Shown here: in pieces, positions 36,274 to 49,742 of the stretch
Layout of the letters: every line of letters begins with the position of its first letter
How positions within the stretch are numbered: the first letter of the stretch is position 1
Origin: Psammoneis japonica
Lineage: Eukaryota
Direction: 5' to 3'
NCBI GenBank assembly: GCA_008632985.1
Contig: QPGO01000108.1
Location: forward strand, 52,476-116,475
Length of the DNA: 64,000 bases
Translations under genes and position numbers: made by a program
Notes under the pieces: model-generated
The model's input: the letters and a program-made list of their open reading frames with translations, nothing else
Databases searched by the model: none
Told to the model about the DNA's origin: nothing

Positions 36274-37832
36274 ATGAAGCTTCTTTATTTTCTCTCCGTT
36301 CTTGTTGGCACTGCCACCGTTGGCCGATACGCATTGGCGTCCGCGACAGCGGTCAAGGGTTCTCAAGAGGTAAGCAGACAATTCCGTAATCGTTGTACCG
36401 CGACTTCTCGCGGAATTTCACTCACAACCATACCGATTCTACCTGCTTTCTACAGGTCAAATCGAATCAATACTCTCTTTCGGAGAGGGCCGTCGCGACT
36501 CCATTGACCAAGTTCCCGACGGCTGCTACTCCTGCTCCGTCTCGTGCTCCAACGTGGGCTCCGACTACCACCGGCAAAAAGAGTGGCGCGGCGGGAAAAA
36601 AGTCTCACGGAAAAAAGAGCAAACTCACGCGGAAGCTTGAAAAGTCGTCCAAGGAACCCTCTTCCAAGGCTCCAACCAAGTCGTCCAAGGCTGGAAAGAA
36701 GCGCCGTATCCTTGTCGCCCCTCCCTCGTCCAAGGCACCCAAGGCTCTCGGCTCGCGTGGAAAATGCCGCCGTATCTTTTCCGCAGGCGAATCAAAGGCG
36801 CCTAAATCGTCCAAGGCTCCCGGTGCTTCTACCAAATCGCCCAAGGCTCCGGCCAACAATCGCCTCCTTTCGAACGGTTCATCCAAGGCGCCCAAGTCGT
36901 CCAAGGCACCGAAATCGTCCAAGGCTCCTTCCACGACTGGAAAACGTCGTGTTCTTTCTACCACCGGCTCCTCCAAGGCTCCATCCGTGAAGTCGACCAA
37001 GGCCCCGAAATCATCGGAAACTCTGCACAATACTGGAAAGCGTCGTTTCCTCTCCACTCAAGGATCCTCCAAGGCTCCATCCACCAAGTCATCCAAAGTA
37101 CTAAAGTCGTCAAAGGCTCCGTCCAACGCCGGAAAAGGTCGTCTCCTCTCCACTCACGGTTCCTCCAAGGCTCCCTCCGAGAAATCTTCCAAGGCACCGA
37201 AAGCGTCCAAGGCTCCGTTCTACACTGGAAAACGTCGTATTATTTCCACGCAAGGTTCCTCCAAGGCTCCATCCATGAAGTCGTCCAAGGCACCGAACTC
37301 TTCCAAGGCTCCGTCCTACACTGGAAAACGTCGTGCTCTTTCTACCACCGGTACCTCCAAGGCGCCATCCATAAAGTCGTCCAAGGCACCGAAAGCGTCC
37401 AAGGCTCCTTCGTACACTGGAAAGCGTCGTTTCCTCTCCACTCACGGATCCTCCAAGGCTCCATACACCAAGTCATCCAAAGTACTAAAGTCGTCAAAGG
37501 CTCCGTCCAACGCCGGAAAAGGTCGTTTCCTCTCCAAGCACAGTTCCTCCGAGGCTCCATCCATGAAGTCGTCCAAGGCACCGAAAACGTCCAAGGCTCC
37601 GTCCTACACTGGAAAACGCCGTATTCTCTCCACGCAAGGTTCCTCCAAGGCTCCCTCCGAGAAATCTTCCAAGGCACCTACTTCCACCACCTCTTCCTCC
37701 TCGGATGACTATTACAAATCATCCAAGGCTCCCAGTGGAACCAAGTCGCCGGGACGTCCTCATCGTCATCTTCTCAATTGGAAGGATCTCATGCCCGAGC
37801 ACTACGCGTACTACAGGGCGGTACTCGTCTAA
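36274..37832 (+). CDS. Silaffin-like secreted Lys/Ser-rich repetitive precursor (~490 aa); 2 exons (36274-36369, 36456-37832)
   Basis: A signal-peptide exon (MKLLYFLSVLVGTATVG) is joined by a phase-0 GT..AG intron at 36370-36455. Tandem 32-aa (96-nt) units are rich in KSSK/KAPK (KxxK) and delimited by RRIL/RRVL/RRFL/RRAL. Confidence 0.85.
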
Positions 37833-38182
37833 GCCGTCAATCGAGCCGCACGTTGTGTTCTGTGCAGTCGAGCGGATTCCTCCGCAGCGTTTTCGTGTCA
37901 ACGCCTGCAAGGCGGAAAAAGCAATCAAGCTCTTTCCTTGTATTGGCATCTCTCTCCTATTTGTGAAAGGTTGTAGTCAAACACCATAGTAGAAAAGCTT
38001 GAATCTGTGACTCACATTCGCCACTCGTGTATGCAAACGTTCTTTACATAACGGCGATCATGCCTGTCCACGAAAGGCTTGCGTCGGAGTCGAATGACTC
38101 GGAGTTTGTCGTAGGAACTGTAGATTGTTCAGAGACGATTTCAATGTACCATCCTTCAAAGCCAATATCAACTTCCATTTTT

Positions 38183-38899
38183 TCAGTACTTTTCTGCAAC
38201 AATGAGAAACATGAATATTGGTGAAAGGCAACTGCAGCACATCTCGAATATGTTTCTCGCATTGACTGCCAAGCCACATATTCCTAAATGAAACAGCATT
38301 TGACCAAAGTAGTTGGGTTTTTCAAAGAATCGATACAAGCCTACTGTCCGCACTGGATCGTTTGGCCGAATGCGTTTGATTGCGATTCGTTGTTCATCGG
38401 CAATGGCTTCAATCAAGAACCCTGCACATGCCAGCAACACCCCTGAAGCACCGCAAATGCCTCTTATTGTTTGCAAATCCGGAGGAGGATTACCTGTGGC
38501 AACTGCAAGAGGCAGCACATACAGCGCCTGACTCAAAGATACAGTAATGACAACCACAAGGCGTTCTTTCAGTGACTTTTCGTTTGTTTTTCTTCTTCCC
38601 ATTTCCACATTCCTGGAATACACGCGGTCGGATCTTCTTCTCCACAACACAACCACAAGTCTCGCCCCGTACGCCATGTAGAGAATGCATCCAGAAAGTG
38701 CAAAACTACTTGGAAGTGCCTCTCCTGGTTCAATTCGGGCCAATGCGATGCTAATCACGCTATTGACAACTAAACTTAGCGCATGCCCCCATCCATAGGC
38801 AAGCATGGTGTTGCTAAATCCACCACTGCATGCCGCAAACGAAACGAGCCAAGAACTCAAGGGCCAAGCCTCTACAAAAAGACGCCAAGGTGACATCAT
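38183..38899 (-). CDS. DUF1295 / steroid 5-alpha-reductase-like membrane protein (C-terminus possibly truncated)
   Basis: YGWGHAL, YGARL and GFLIEAIADEQR..GLYRFFEKPNYFGQMLFH, with several TM segments. Start uncertain. Confidence 0.75.
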   Translation of the reverse strand: MMSPWRLFVEAWPLSSWLVSFAACSGGFSNTMLAYGWGHALSLVVNSVISIALARIEPGEALPSSFALSGCILYMAYGARLVVVLWRRRSDRVYSRNVEMGRRKTNEKSLKERLVVVITVSLSQALYVLPLAVATGNPPPDLQTIRGICGASGVLLACAGFLIEAIADEQRIAIKRIRPNDPVRTVGLYRFFEKPNYFGQMLFHLGICGLAVNARNIFEMCCSCLSPIFMFLIVAEKY

Positions 38900-39285
38900 G
38901 ATGTGGTGTAAATCAGTCAGCTCTGTGTCGAAGCGATCGTTTCCCCACCGGGAAAAGTGGTATGTTACCGGAAGTCTGCGGGGAGGCAAACTCCAAAACA
39001 ACAGAAACACAATGCGGGTGCATCTCCTTCCCTCCAATAACACGTACGAAAAATCGAAATATTTAGCTTTCTTTGCAGTGCAGTCAATCATGGGGTGGTG
39101 GCGGCAGTTCGCCTCCCCTCATTTTTTTCAGATTTTGCCGTGATTTTTCGCCCGCTTCTTCATTCTCGTCTGCCTTCATCTTTCTTGTAAGTTGACTCAT
39201 TGGTTTTTTACCACCGTAGCAAACCGGTCCTTGTATACAGACTAGAGTCTACTGCAGATATTCCTCTTTGTTTTCTACGAAAAGA

Positions 39286-40513
39286 ATGTTGCGATCAGTG
39301 TTCTATACAATGCTGGCTTCCACGCTTCTTAAATCAACCATGGCGTTTACATCATCGTCCTTTACTCGCCGGTTCGCCATGTCCCTCAATAGCGAGGCAA
39401 CTAGCATGGCGGAGAAGGTATTAGCAAACCCGCAGTGGCCACCAGAGTGGCCATACTCCAAGGAAGATTTCGCCAGAATGGTAAGTGGTGATGGTCAGCT
39501 GAAGTTTTCTCATCGTCGGTGGTTCCTCATTATCCTCGTGGCTGCTCGCTACAATGACAATTTTGCACTGCAGGACGAACAAGACGATGCTGTCTTTTAC
39601 GAATCCCCGCGATTGTAAGTGAAACTTTCTCTGCAGACAAAGTTGTCATTTACATATTCGATGGCATTTGGAAAGCTCACTCTTTTTTCATTGGAAATAC
39701 AGGGTTTATCATATCGACGATGCGGCTGTTTCTGCTTTGACAGACTACTATTCAAAGCACCTCAAGGAAGGACAAGACGTTCTTGACATTTGCTCCTCGT
39801 GGGTTTCTCACTTCCCAACTGATTGGAAAGGTGAGTGTATGTCGTCTCTATCAATGTATTGTTTTCTTTGACGTTGTTATGGCTTACCACAATTTGGATT
39901 TCGATTCTGTGCTGCATTCAGGAGGCAATGTCGTCGGGCTTGGAATGAACGAGTACGAACTGAGTCAGAACAAGCAGCTGAGTAGCTATGTCGTCAAAGA
40001 TCTCAACGAAGACCCTGTGTTTCCTTTTGAGGACAATTCATTCGACGTGGTGAGTAAAAATGCCGTATCACGTATCTCAAGTAGATTTTGGACTTGTACT
40101 GATGCCCATTGATTTCGATATCTACTTCCAAGGTTACATGCGTGGTTAGTGTCGATTACCTTAACAAACCTCAACAAATATTCAAAGAGATTGGTCGGGT
40201 ATTGAGACCTGGAGGAGAATGCATGCTTGCTATGAGCAATAGATGGTATGTTGAGTTTCCCTGTTCATAGCCAAAAGAATCTGCGAAATGACCAAAGTCA
40301 CTAATACTACTTGTTGCGCTCCTTCACCTTTACAGCTTCCCAACCAAAGCTTTTCAAATTTGGCTTCAGACAAGCGACCTTGAACATATTTTCATTGCCG
40401 GGAGCTTCTTCCACTATGCTGGTTTGTTTGAACCACCATCGTGCGACGACATTTCACCGAATCCAGGGAGGAGTGACCCGTTGTACATTGTTAAGGCCGC
40501 CAAGAAGCAGTAA
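39286..40513 (+). CDS. Class I SAM-dependent methyltransferase (Methyltransf_11-like), N-terminal targeting peptide; 6 exons
   Basis: The spliced product contains DFARMDEQDDAVFYESPRLVYHIDD, VLDICSSWVSHFP, GLGMNEYEL, TCVVSVDYLNKP and SNRCFPTKA. GT..AG introns at 39481-39573, 39615-39702, 39831-39921, 40050-40132 and 40246-40335. Confidence 0.92.
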
Positions 40514-40617
40514 CAAGCTCGAGTCTACTTAGTGCTCACATCTCGGACGACCTTTCAAGCTAAAAAAAATTAAAAGCACCATGCTAGTTCATTCTTACAA
40601 AAGTATATTAAGATGCT

Positions 40618-43600
40618 TCAATACTGTCCAGCGGGAAATCCAGAGCAGGTTGCCATATGATCTATCTTCGTTCCTTTCGACGTGAACCCGAGCTTCACCT
40701 TCAGCATGAGATTCTTTGTACCCAACTGTGAATTATCCACATTGATTGTCTGGCTCACTTTGATGGCGTCCCCGACTGTTTGTGGTACTGTCGTGGAAGT
40801 CGGAGGCAGCAACTCCATCGTGACATACTTGGGAACAGCACATTGAAAGCTCAAACCATAGATTGGAGCATCCGTGGTGTTTTTGAACTTAGCAACAAGC
40901 TTTGACTTTTGCTTATTCCAAGTATCGGGCTTGGAGCACTCAAACGAGACAGAAAGACCACCATGAGAGAACCCTGGCACCGTAATCGTGCCAGGGTTCG
41001 CTGCTGCAGCAGCAGGCGCAGATGTAGCCGCCGGGATCGCCTGCTGTTGAGGCATCGACGGTGTCGCAAACGGATCTGCCGACATTCCTGGGTTCATCAT
41101 TTGTGCTGGCGCTGGTGGCGGGGGAGCACCAAAAAGGTCCATTGGATTGACAGGGGCAGCAGGAACGGGGGCCTGCGCCGGAGCCGGGGCAGAAAATGGA
41201 TCGTAACCCCCAGCGGCGGGGGCTGGAGCGCTTGCCGGTGGCGCAGAGAAGATATCCGCAAGTAGATCAGCGTCGGACGAGCCTCCCGTACTCGTGCCGT
41301 TGGGTTTGGCACCAGAAGAACCATTTTCTGTCGCGGCAGGCGCCGCTGCTGGAGCTCCGCCGAAAATGTCATCCATACCAAACAAGTCATTTCCACCGCC
41401 AGAGGGCTTCTTCTTTGGAGAAGGAGTCGAAGGGCCCATAATCGGATCTCCGTCCTCTCCAAAGCTCTCTGCCTGCCGCCGTTGCAGAACCTTCAAATCA
41501 ACGACAGGCATTCGAGCAAGGGCGTCCTTGGCGGCGCTACTCATTGCTGCGCTAACGGTTCCCCCGTTTGTCACGCCGAAAATGTCATCATCGCCAGAAC
41601 CACCAGTTGGAGTGCTGATACCTTTGGCTGCCTTCAACAATGCATCATACTCACATGATCGCAGTTGCAACTCGAGCGAGTGAGAACCCTGATGCTTTGC
41701 CACCAGCTTGTGCAACCTTTCAACCGTGGCTGGGTCGCCCTTATCTGTGAATCGATCACTCAGTTTCGCGAAGCACGTTAGAGCTGCCTGTTTCACATGC
41801 TCAGGACACGAGTGCTTCTTTGTAACATCTTCCACAGTGTCAACAACTGACGATGGTTCAATTGCCATGAATGAAATCGTTACAGGCATGCCGTCGCCCA
41901 AAGCATCGGCAGTCTCTCCCACTGAAGCCGGCTTTGCTGGAGGGGTGTACGAGTATGGATTCAAGAGGAGATCACCGAATTCCCCAATGCACCAAATTCC
42001 AACGACCAAGAGACCACGCTGCGACCCATCGTCGTCGCGAATAGCCTTGAGCAACTTATGGGTGGCATAGGCGCGCAGATCCTCTTCCGAACGTGAGATG
42101 TAAATGATGGTGGCACTCCGTACTTGAGGGGTGCACTCTCGTCCGGCAATGGTAAGCATGGTAATGAGGGTGTCAACTCTCCATCGGTCATCAGGGCTGT
42201 ATCGCTCGACCACTCGCAAGATACGAGTGCAAATATCGGCACGATGTTCACGCGGACAAAGAACAAGATAGTTCAGGAGCTCGGCCGTAAGAGTCTCAAC
42301 GTTCTCATGATTGACAAGATGGTAGATCAACTCCAAGGCGCGCTGGCGAATACTGATATCGGGATCTTTGAGACAATCCACAATTGTAGTTCGATGACGC
42401 TGCAACGCGGATGATGCAGTGTTGGCATTTTCCTCTCCTCCATTTCCATCATCCTCGCCAGAAGCTTTCTGCTCGACAATGCACCGAGCCAGCGTGTTGA
42501 GAGCCACGTATCGGATATTGTTGTCCCGATTCAGGAGAAAACGACCCAAGATGTTGATGGCGAGGACACGCAAACCGTCTTCTGCTTCCACGGCCATAAT
42601 CGTCTGAACGCACTCGTACAGAATAGCGTTTCCAGCGTTCTTAGAAGTCTCCGTGTTTGTCGCAACCTGGGCGAGTACGTCGTTCATTTCTTCCGAAGCC
42701 TGCTCATCGTTTGAGCCAAGAAGTCGAAGCAGAGTAAGGAGCTGCACCTGCAAAAAGGGATCCGAAATCCCGCTCACATCATGATCCGGAGAGTAGCCCA
42801 TGCTAAGCAGGTTACGAAGTAGCTTGACGAGAGCTGGGACGAGTCGAGCAAAGGCTACGCGGCATACAGTCTCAGTCGGGTCCTCGAGGCCTTCTTCTTC
42901 GGCATTCACCTGGTCGAGCATGAGCACCTGTGTCATGAGCTGGACAACCGTGATGAGGACGCCATGACTTCTATCTTTCAGGAGAGTAACAACGCGTTCG
43001 ACAAAGTCTTCCACCATGTCGGGACACTTGACTAGGCATCGGGTCATTGCAAGGCAAGCCTTCTTCCTAAGGTAAGGTTGGCCAGATTTCAGATGCTTGT
43101 CAACCTCTGGAGCCAAGTCTCTGGACATATCCGCGGTGGCAAGATTTCCAATAGCGCACAAGGCCAGACCAGAAACAAACTTGTTATCCGAGTTTAGGTC
43201 GTTCTTTAGCGAGTTTGTCGCAAGCATCAGCACATCCGCTTCCTCCGATAGGAGAAGCATCATTCCTAGATAACCAATACGCTTTTCTGGAAAATGGGGC
43301 GATGCAATTAGCTTCAAACATTCCAACTGGCCGAAGTGTGTCGGATATCCTGTAAAAAAAAGGAATTTAAAATAGAAAAAATGTGAGAAGTGAATAAGGA
43401 AAAGGTCAATTTGCATAGTCAACAATTCATGACCCTATTCCCGTAAGCCGCTGAGTCAAAATGACGACTGCTCATCTCAACATAAGCCAACCATACAACC
43501 GCAAAAAAGGCCATGTTCGACACCAACTTACCCAGCATGTGCATAAAAAGAAGCTTAGCTACGTTACGATGCCGGTAATGCTCTTGTTCCTCTCGAATCG

Positions 43601-43703
43601 CAGTTCGTATCATTGCAGACTCCTTCGCGATGACCGCGCGCTCCTCGGCGGCAGTCTTACAAGCGCGGACCTTTCGGATCAGGTCTCGTAACTTGAGTGA
43701 CAT
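40618..43703 (-). CDS. AP1G1: AP-1 complex subunit gamma (gamma-adaptin); 2 exons (43703-43532, 43349-40618)
   Basis: [58 protein letters not shown] and a C-terminal gamma-ear (FQCAVPKY). Confidence 0.97.
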
Positions 43704-44556
43704 GGTACCACAGCAGAACACTCAGAACAATAAGAGGGCTGAGAGGCCCTGATTGTAACAAATAACAAGAGCTCGGTGTTGGGAAAGGCAATGGCAAAGG
43801 GAAAAAGACTTCGCGGTGGCGGACGGTGGATCGGTCTCCCTCGGCCGGCAAGGGTGTAAGTACTGGTATATCCATACGTAAGTCCTACATACGCAGCTTT
43901 GTACTGGCACTTCCGTTCCAATGATCTCCGCCCAGTCACAAGGTCTTTGCCGCGCGCCTCACGCACGTGCCCCAGGCAACTAGGTGCATTTCGGCAGGTG
44001 GGAAAAAGAGGGGACCACAAAATCCAAAATCAGATCGATTAAAAACGACGATGTAGCGCATTATTTCTTCTTTGGCAGGAGAAGGAAGGCAGGCACAGGA
44101 AGACATTATGCAGTGAGCGCAAAATTCCTTGCGCAGCGGTGCTTTCCACAACTTTTGACAGACTCCTCGTTTGTGCGCTCACTGAAGCGCGACCAATTCA
44201 AAGCAAGTTTCAAATAGTGCGATAAAATCGATTGGAAACTCTGGTAGAGAAGGAATTTTGAGTAAAGAGGAGTTTGTGATTGGTCTGTCTGTGGACTTCG
44301 GTCGCGACACTCGTGGATTTTCTCCATTCGTGCGTGCCTTTGCTTCTACTGCAGCTATGTAAAAGCTACGAGACGGAATTACTGAAGCGCCGTTTGGTCC
44401 TCACGACGTTCTCATTGAACCAGTCAAGCAATTACTGCCGTTGGAAATCGTCATGATGTACCTATATTTTATGTCTGATTCTTAGATGACATTTTCTCGG
44501 GTTGAAAATTGACTTCCGTTCATCCATCGACTACGAGCAAGGTGGTAGTTCGGAAT

Positions 44557-45959
44557 CTATCGACGTCCAGCCTTGCCCGAACGCCATGGTGCATGGTTGC
44601 TAAAGACCGGCACAAACTTGTCAATTTCATCCTTTTGCGCCTGAAGGATGCACTCTGTGATCCATACCAAGTTACGAATCTCTTGCTCCTTGAGCTTCAC
44701 ATACGCGTAAAAGACTCCAAAGTGGAACTGACCCTCAAAAGCCAACTCGAGCATCTGAACGTCTCTCTCATAGAAAGCGTCGTCGATACTCTTTTCGCCA
44801 TTGCCCATGGCATGGACATTCCAGATGCTGGAGTACTGCGGGAAGAGTTCCAAAACGCGGCCGAGCTCATCCTCCTTGGAAACATCCATAATCATGGCGG
44901 TACCAGCCGGGTACAAGTATCCAACAGCGGGATAGAGTTGCTTACGGTCCGTCTGGCGCATGCCCGGCTCATTCAGTGGTGTGCCAAACGAGTTGAGGGT
45001 GATGTTGATCGTGTTGGTGTCGGCACGGACCTTGAGGAGCTCGCCCATAATGGCGGCAGTCTCGCCTCCGAGACCCTCCACAAACTGATTAAAGTCCTCG
45101 AGCCAGTACTTAATAAGAGACGATTTGACAATTTCAATCTCGACCTCCTCCAAGACATTCCTGGATTGTCCGCCACTCTGCTCGGCGCTGTTCTGCAAGA
45201 ACAAGGCAAAGTAAGGACCAACCGGAGTATCCACCAGAACCGTCTGGTAAAGGTCTTCGTATCCCCTTGCACCGGGTTCAAAAGTCGGAATGCTCCTCAT
45301 GGTACTTTCCTTGAACATTCCGAGGGGGTGGCACTGGGCGATGAGTTCGTTAATATCACGACCGCTGAGTGTTCCCTTGAGCAAAAGCATAACATTCTCG
45401 ATCATGTACTCATAAGTGATGAAGTTGAGAAAGGTCGACAGGGGCTCCACTGCTTGAGACTGCAGGTACTTGAATTCCGTCACCAACTGTAGACACAAGA
45501 AAGAGTGCAATAATGTTAGCGTACAAGAAGTTACAAAGAGCACAAGCCAAAACATGCTGCCATGCAAATTATCGTGTTGCTGCCGCTGCTGTTGCCGCCA
45601 CGTAGAAACAATACCAGGCGCTATCCAATGACAGACCGGTACTGTTTCTACGGCAACACCATGAGCAACTTCCGTTCGCCGTCAAGCTCTTGTTTTCATC
45701 GTTTCTATACCTTATCGACAGCCGCCTCCTGCAGAGTGGTGGGAGTAATGGCATTCATGTCCTGAAGCGCCTCAGAGTAATCGCTCTCGGTAAGGTTTAG
45801 ACGGACATCCTCCAAAGACTCGCACTGCGTTAGGTGATGGTAGTCGCCATCCCCAAGAAAGGAAGACCTCATACCGCGCACCAACGCTTCCGTAAATCCA
45901 TGAAGGATATTGAAGGTGGCCATGTTGCCAGGCGTGGATTCAGGAGCTGGAGTCGTCAT
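44557..45959 (-). CDS. ATP6V0D: V-type ATPase V0 subunit d; 2 exons (45959-45711, 45486-44557)
   Basis: FNILHGFTEALVRGMRSSFL, YEYMIENV, CHPLG and YAYVKLKEQEIRNLVWITECI. Intron at 45710-45487. Confidence 0.97.
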
Positions 45960-46297
45960 GGTGAAGACAACAACGGGAAAGGAAAATGTCGTTTGCTGTT
46001 GTGTTGTCGCTCAATCAACGAGAAGACGCTTCCTAAATAATTTTATATTTTCATTCAATTTGTATAAAGTATTGAGGATAAAATCCATAGTGTTTAACGG
46101 TAAGTCATTGTAGTACGTTTAGCCGACGTAGAACAACAAGTAGATAAAATATCGGTATTCGCAAACTTTCGTCTATGAATATATTACATTCCTGAAAGGG
46201 CAAACGAAAAAAGCTTTCGATCTCCCAAGTCGCAAAACTCCGTGGTTCCGAAGTGCTCCAAATTCTACCGGTAATTCTGGAATTCGCGCTCGTAGCC

Positions 46298-46504
46298 TGG
46301 GGGAAGTCTCCAGCCAGCTGCTGGCTGAAGAATCTTGTGTAGAATTTGTACGGAAAAAGTCTGTCAATCTGTGCGTTAGGGGGTTTTGGTGAGCGCTGGA
46401 CAGACTCGACGTCTTTTGCGTACATAAAAATTGTACTGGCAAAACCCCCAACGCACTGACGAGCAGACTTTTTTCAGCCAGCAGCTGGCTGGAGACTTCC
46501 CCCA
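46298..46504. mobile_element. ~207-bp MITE-like foldback element with 32-bp perfect inverted termini
   Basis: TGGGGGAAGTCTCCAGCCAGCTGCTGGCTGAA at 46298-46329 is the reverse complement of 46473-46504. A further imperfect inverted match lies inside (AAAAAGTCTG..GTGCGTT.GGGGGTTTTG). No clear TSD. Confidence 0.75.
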
Positions 46505-47070
46505 AGCCCATGGTATCTATTAGTCTCTCCTATTCTAGCTCTAGTAGTAGCTAGCTAGCCGGCCCTAGCTAGCTAGCTACTGGGAGAGAGGTAGGTTAGA
46601 CTCTCACCGTATCTTTAAGCGTACATAGTAATACTCGTACCGCACTCGTAGGTCTTTCAAGCTCTCTAGCTAGGGCAGAGAGTATTATAGCATTTTGTTC
46701 TGACTGTGTAGCAAACTACACCAAGGCTCTCCAGCTGAAATGTGGACAAGCAACTACAAATGCTGTGATACACGACGAGCATATTCGAGTTAATGCTCGC
46801 TAGCTCAGACGATAAATAAAAGCCTCTATTCGAAAGAATATCAAATGACAAAAGGCAAAACGAATACGAATCTGCGAAACTGTAGCTTGTGCATTGTAGG
46901 CGGGGTTCGCCCCGACATGCCTAGAATGCAAACAGAGTGCGAAATGGGGAATCGTTGCTACTCGACCTCTCACTAAAAAGATTATCGAAATTCAGATTTT
47001 ACATGTGCCCATTTACCGTATGCTGAAAAGAATTTGATGGATTTGTTCACAAGACTTAGCAAGCATTCAT

Positions 47071-48647
47071 TTAATCAGCACCGAGGAAACCAGATCGCCT
47101 CAAATTCTGCCAGCAAAGAAATAAAAAGTAGATATGAGTTGTCATTCAGTAAAAACTGTAGAATCTTCTGACGGTATGATATCATCGGCGGTCGACTTAC
47201 GTCTGTCATGATAATCGTACGGGTGGAGTCCAGGACAAACTCCACTGATAGCCAAAACGAAGGATGGAAAAAGAGTTAGCAAGTGATCTATACACAACAA
47301 ACGCAACTACCGCATTTCTTCACTCACTGTTATTTGTATCTGTTGCACATGTTACGTGGATGAACGAGTCGTTGAACTCATCGTCAATAAGGCAGTCCTT
47401 AAACTTCTGAATGAAATACAACACGCCGTGGTCGAAATCCTTTGCGGGTCCTCCGTAGTCAGAGAAAGGTTTCTGTGCCACAATGTCACTATATAAAATC
47501 TTTTCAGCAAAGATATCCTTCTTATTCAAGAAGAGCATGATTGACGTGTTGGCAAAGGCGCGATTGTTGCATACTGATCTGAAGAGTTCCAGCGCCTCGA
47601 CCATTCGGTTCGTCCTCCGCGCCTCCGCCAACGATTGATCGTATTCCGACAGAGCAGCAACAAAAATCACAGCGTCCACTTGATCGAAACAATCAATCCA
47701 CTTGCGTCGTTCAGACCGCTGGCCTCCGACGTCATACATTTCAAAGTCAATACCATCAATGCGGTATCTCTCCATAACTACCTGCGTAGTCCTCACACGT
47801 GCAAGCAGAATGTCCTGCGTGGTAGGTCGAAAACTAGTCGATGCAACACGCATCACATCATTCAAATACTCCTTGTGTCCATCAATGACATTTACTGCAG
47901 CTCTTTTTGACCATACTTCTCTCATTGTTTGAGACTACTCAACAGTCAACAGGCGTCCAAGAAAGAGTTGTATGTAAGTCTGAAACTCTATTAATACAAA
48001 GACACAGCACAGCATAGCACAACACAACTTACCTGCCATAAAATCCGAATGGCTGTCACGTGCTGCAAAAACTGCTTGGCATCGTTGTTGGCTGCTAACC
48101 CAGCCCTTGGGCTTTGTCCTACCCAGTCATTCGATTCCCCGTTAGGCATTGGCGGGTCCTCGGCAGTATTGTCCACGAGATGTGCAATAAGTTCATCAAA
48201 CGCCTCCTTTGGCGTCATAGTGGGGGTTCCTTCTATTCCCTCAGGCGCAGGTTCCGCAGCAAGCTGCTCCTCCAGCCCTAAACTACGTAGATGAGAACAG
48301 AGCTTTCGCATTGCAACAATCACATTCGACCGCACCACAACACCGTACATTCTCAAATCATCTTCTCCTCTCGGCGCACCATGAATAATTCGCATTTGTT
48401 TAAAAATAGTGGATTTCCCTGATTCGCCTGCACCCAACAACAACAGCTTGACCTTTCCATCCTCTTGTTGTCTGGCTCTGTCTAGCTCCCGCTCAATGGC
48501 ACCGGATGTCTGTAGCTCTGCCGGACTAGCAGCACCACCCGCCCGTGCACCACCACCACCACCGCCTCCTCCTCCTCCAGGGGAAGTAGTTTTTTGTTCT
48601 CGCGGCGGTGCCGAAGGGCCGGCGTCAGTCGACGAACCGCATCCCAT
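47071..48647 (-). CDS. GPA: Heterotrimeric G-protein alpha subunit; 4 coding exons (48647-48033, 47934-47328, 47244-47201, 47106-47071)
   Basis: MGCGSS acylation site, LLLGAGESGKST, RVRTT, DVGGQRSERRKW, FLNKKD and TCATDT. All introns are GT..AG and the protein ends NLRRSGFLGAD*. Confidence 0.97.
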
Positions 48648-49742
48648 TGTGATTCGTCTGCACCAGTGAAAAATGAAAAATTTGCACCGAGGTCACGTCA
48701 GCGTTCGGGGAATTTGCTGCCATCGAAAATTATAATTAACCATTCGAACATATTTACATATGCAAGTCATAATATTATTTAACGGCTGAATATTCTACTT
48801 ACCGGCAATAATTTGACCGACCGAAACGCAGCCAACAGCCTCACGGCAATGAGAGCGATTGTTTGAGATTCTCTCGTCGACAGGGTAACTCCAGGCAGTT
48901 CAATGTCGTACAAAAGGATGTATCAAACACAAGAAGACAGTTGCATTCGACGATCAACGACTGTATCAGGCTTGACAACGCAGCGCGTGGTGCCTCGCTG
49001 TCGCCTCTTTTGCAGGATGCGGTGTCGCCGCTGACTATGGTCGTGTTGAATTTGATACTGTGTCTCCTCGTAGGATCTACTATCGTACTTGCACGTAACT
49101 AACTGCCCCTACCGTACCGTTGTGTACAATCTGGTACAAGATCGGCGAGGTGCGAACGGTGGCTTCTTATCCGGGTTCTCTATCATTGTTTTTATTCGCA
49201 ACTGCAGGTTTCATTCCACCCTTCGGCTTGCCACGACGTTCATTTTTTTCATGATGTTGTGTCTAATGTAATCCTAGATTCGCCACCTAATTGCATCTCC
49301 ACTACATCTACTTCTACTTTTGTACCTTATTAGAGGCTAATTCGAACAAAACAGTTGTACATATGAACTACTGTAAGACGTTTCCTTGAGAGCATGGTTT
49401 GTTTGTCATGAGAATACTGGTCAAGTCATCATCCTAGTCTCCAAGATGGGAATCCGCAGCTCCAGGGCTGCGTTAGCAAGGTTATTGTAAGACAAACGCT
49501 GATTTACTAATGAAAGTGACAGGCAACGAGGTTACAGTATGTCTGCCTAGAACTTATCTGCTTGACGAAAGATGAAAAAGTATACAGCATGATAGGAAAG
49601 ACTCGAGAGAATATAGTTCTCTGCGGACAATCAGTTTCCACTTGCGATGCCTTTCACATAAAACGACAATAACAGTATCATGTTAAACATCAAACCCTGA
49701 CATTCTGCTTGCGTTTGTTTCTTTTTTATTTTAGAAAAGCAC

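Noticed and set aside
36850..37700. CRISPR-like periodic TCCAAGGC repeats
   Set aside because: In-frame coding repeats with homologous 'spacers', no cas genes, eukaryotic context.
44509..45492. 327-aa plus-strand ORF
   Set aside because: Antisense shadow of V-ATPase subunit d exon 2.
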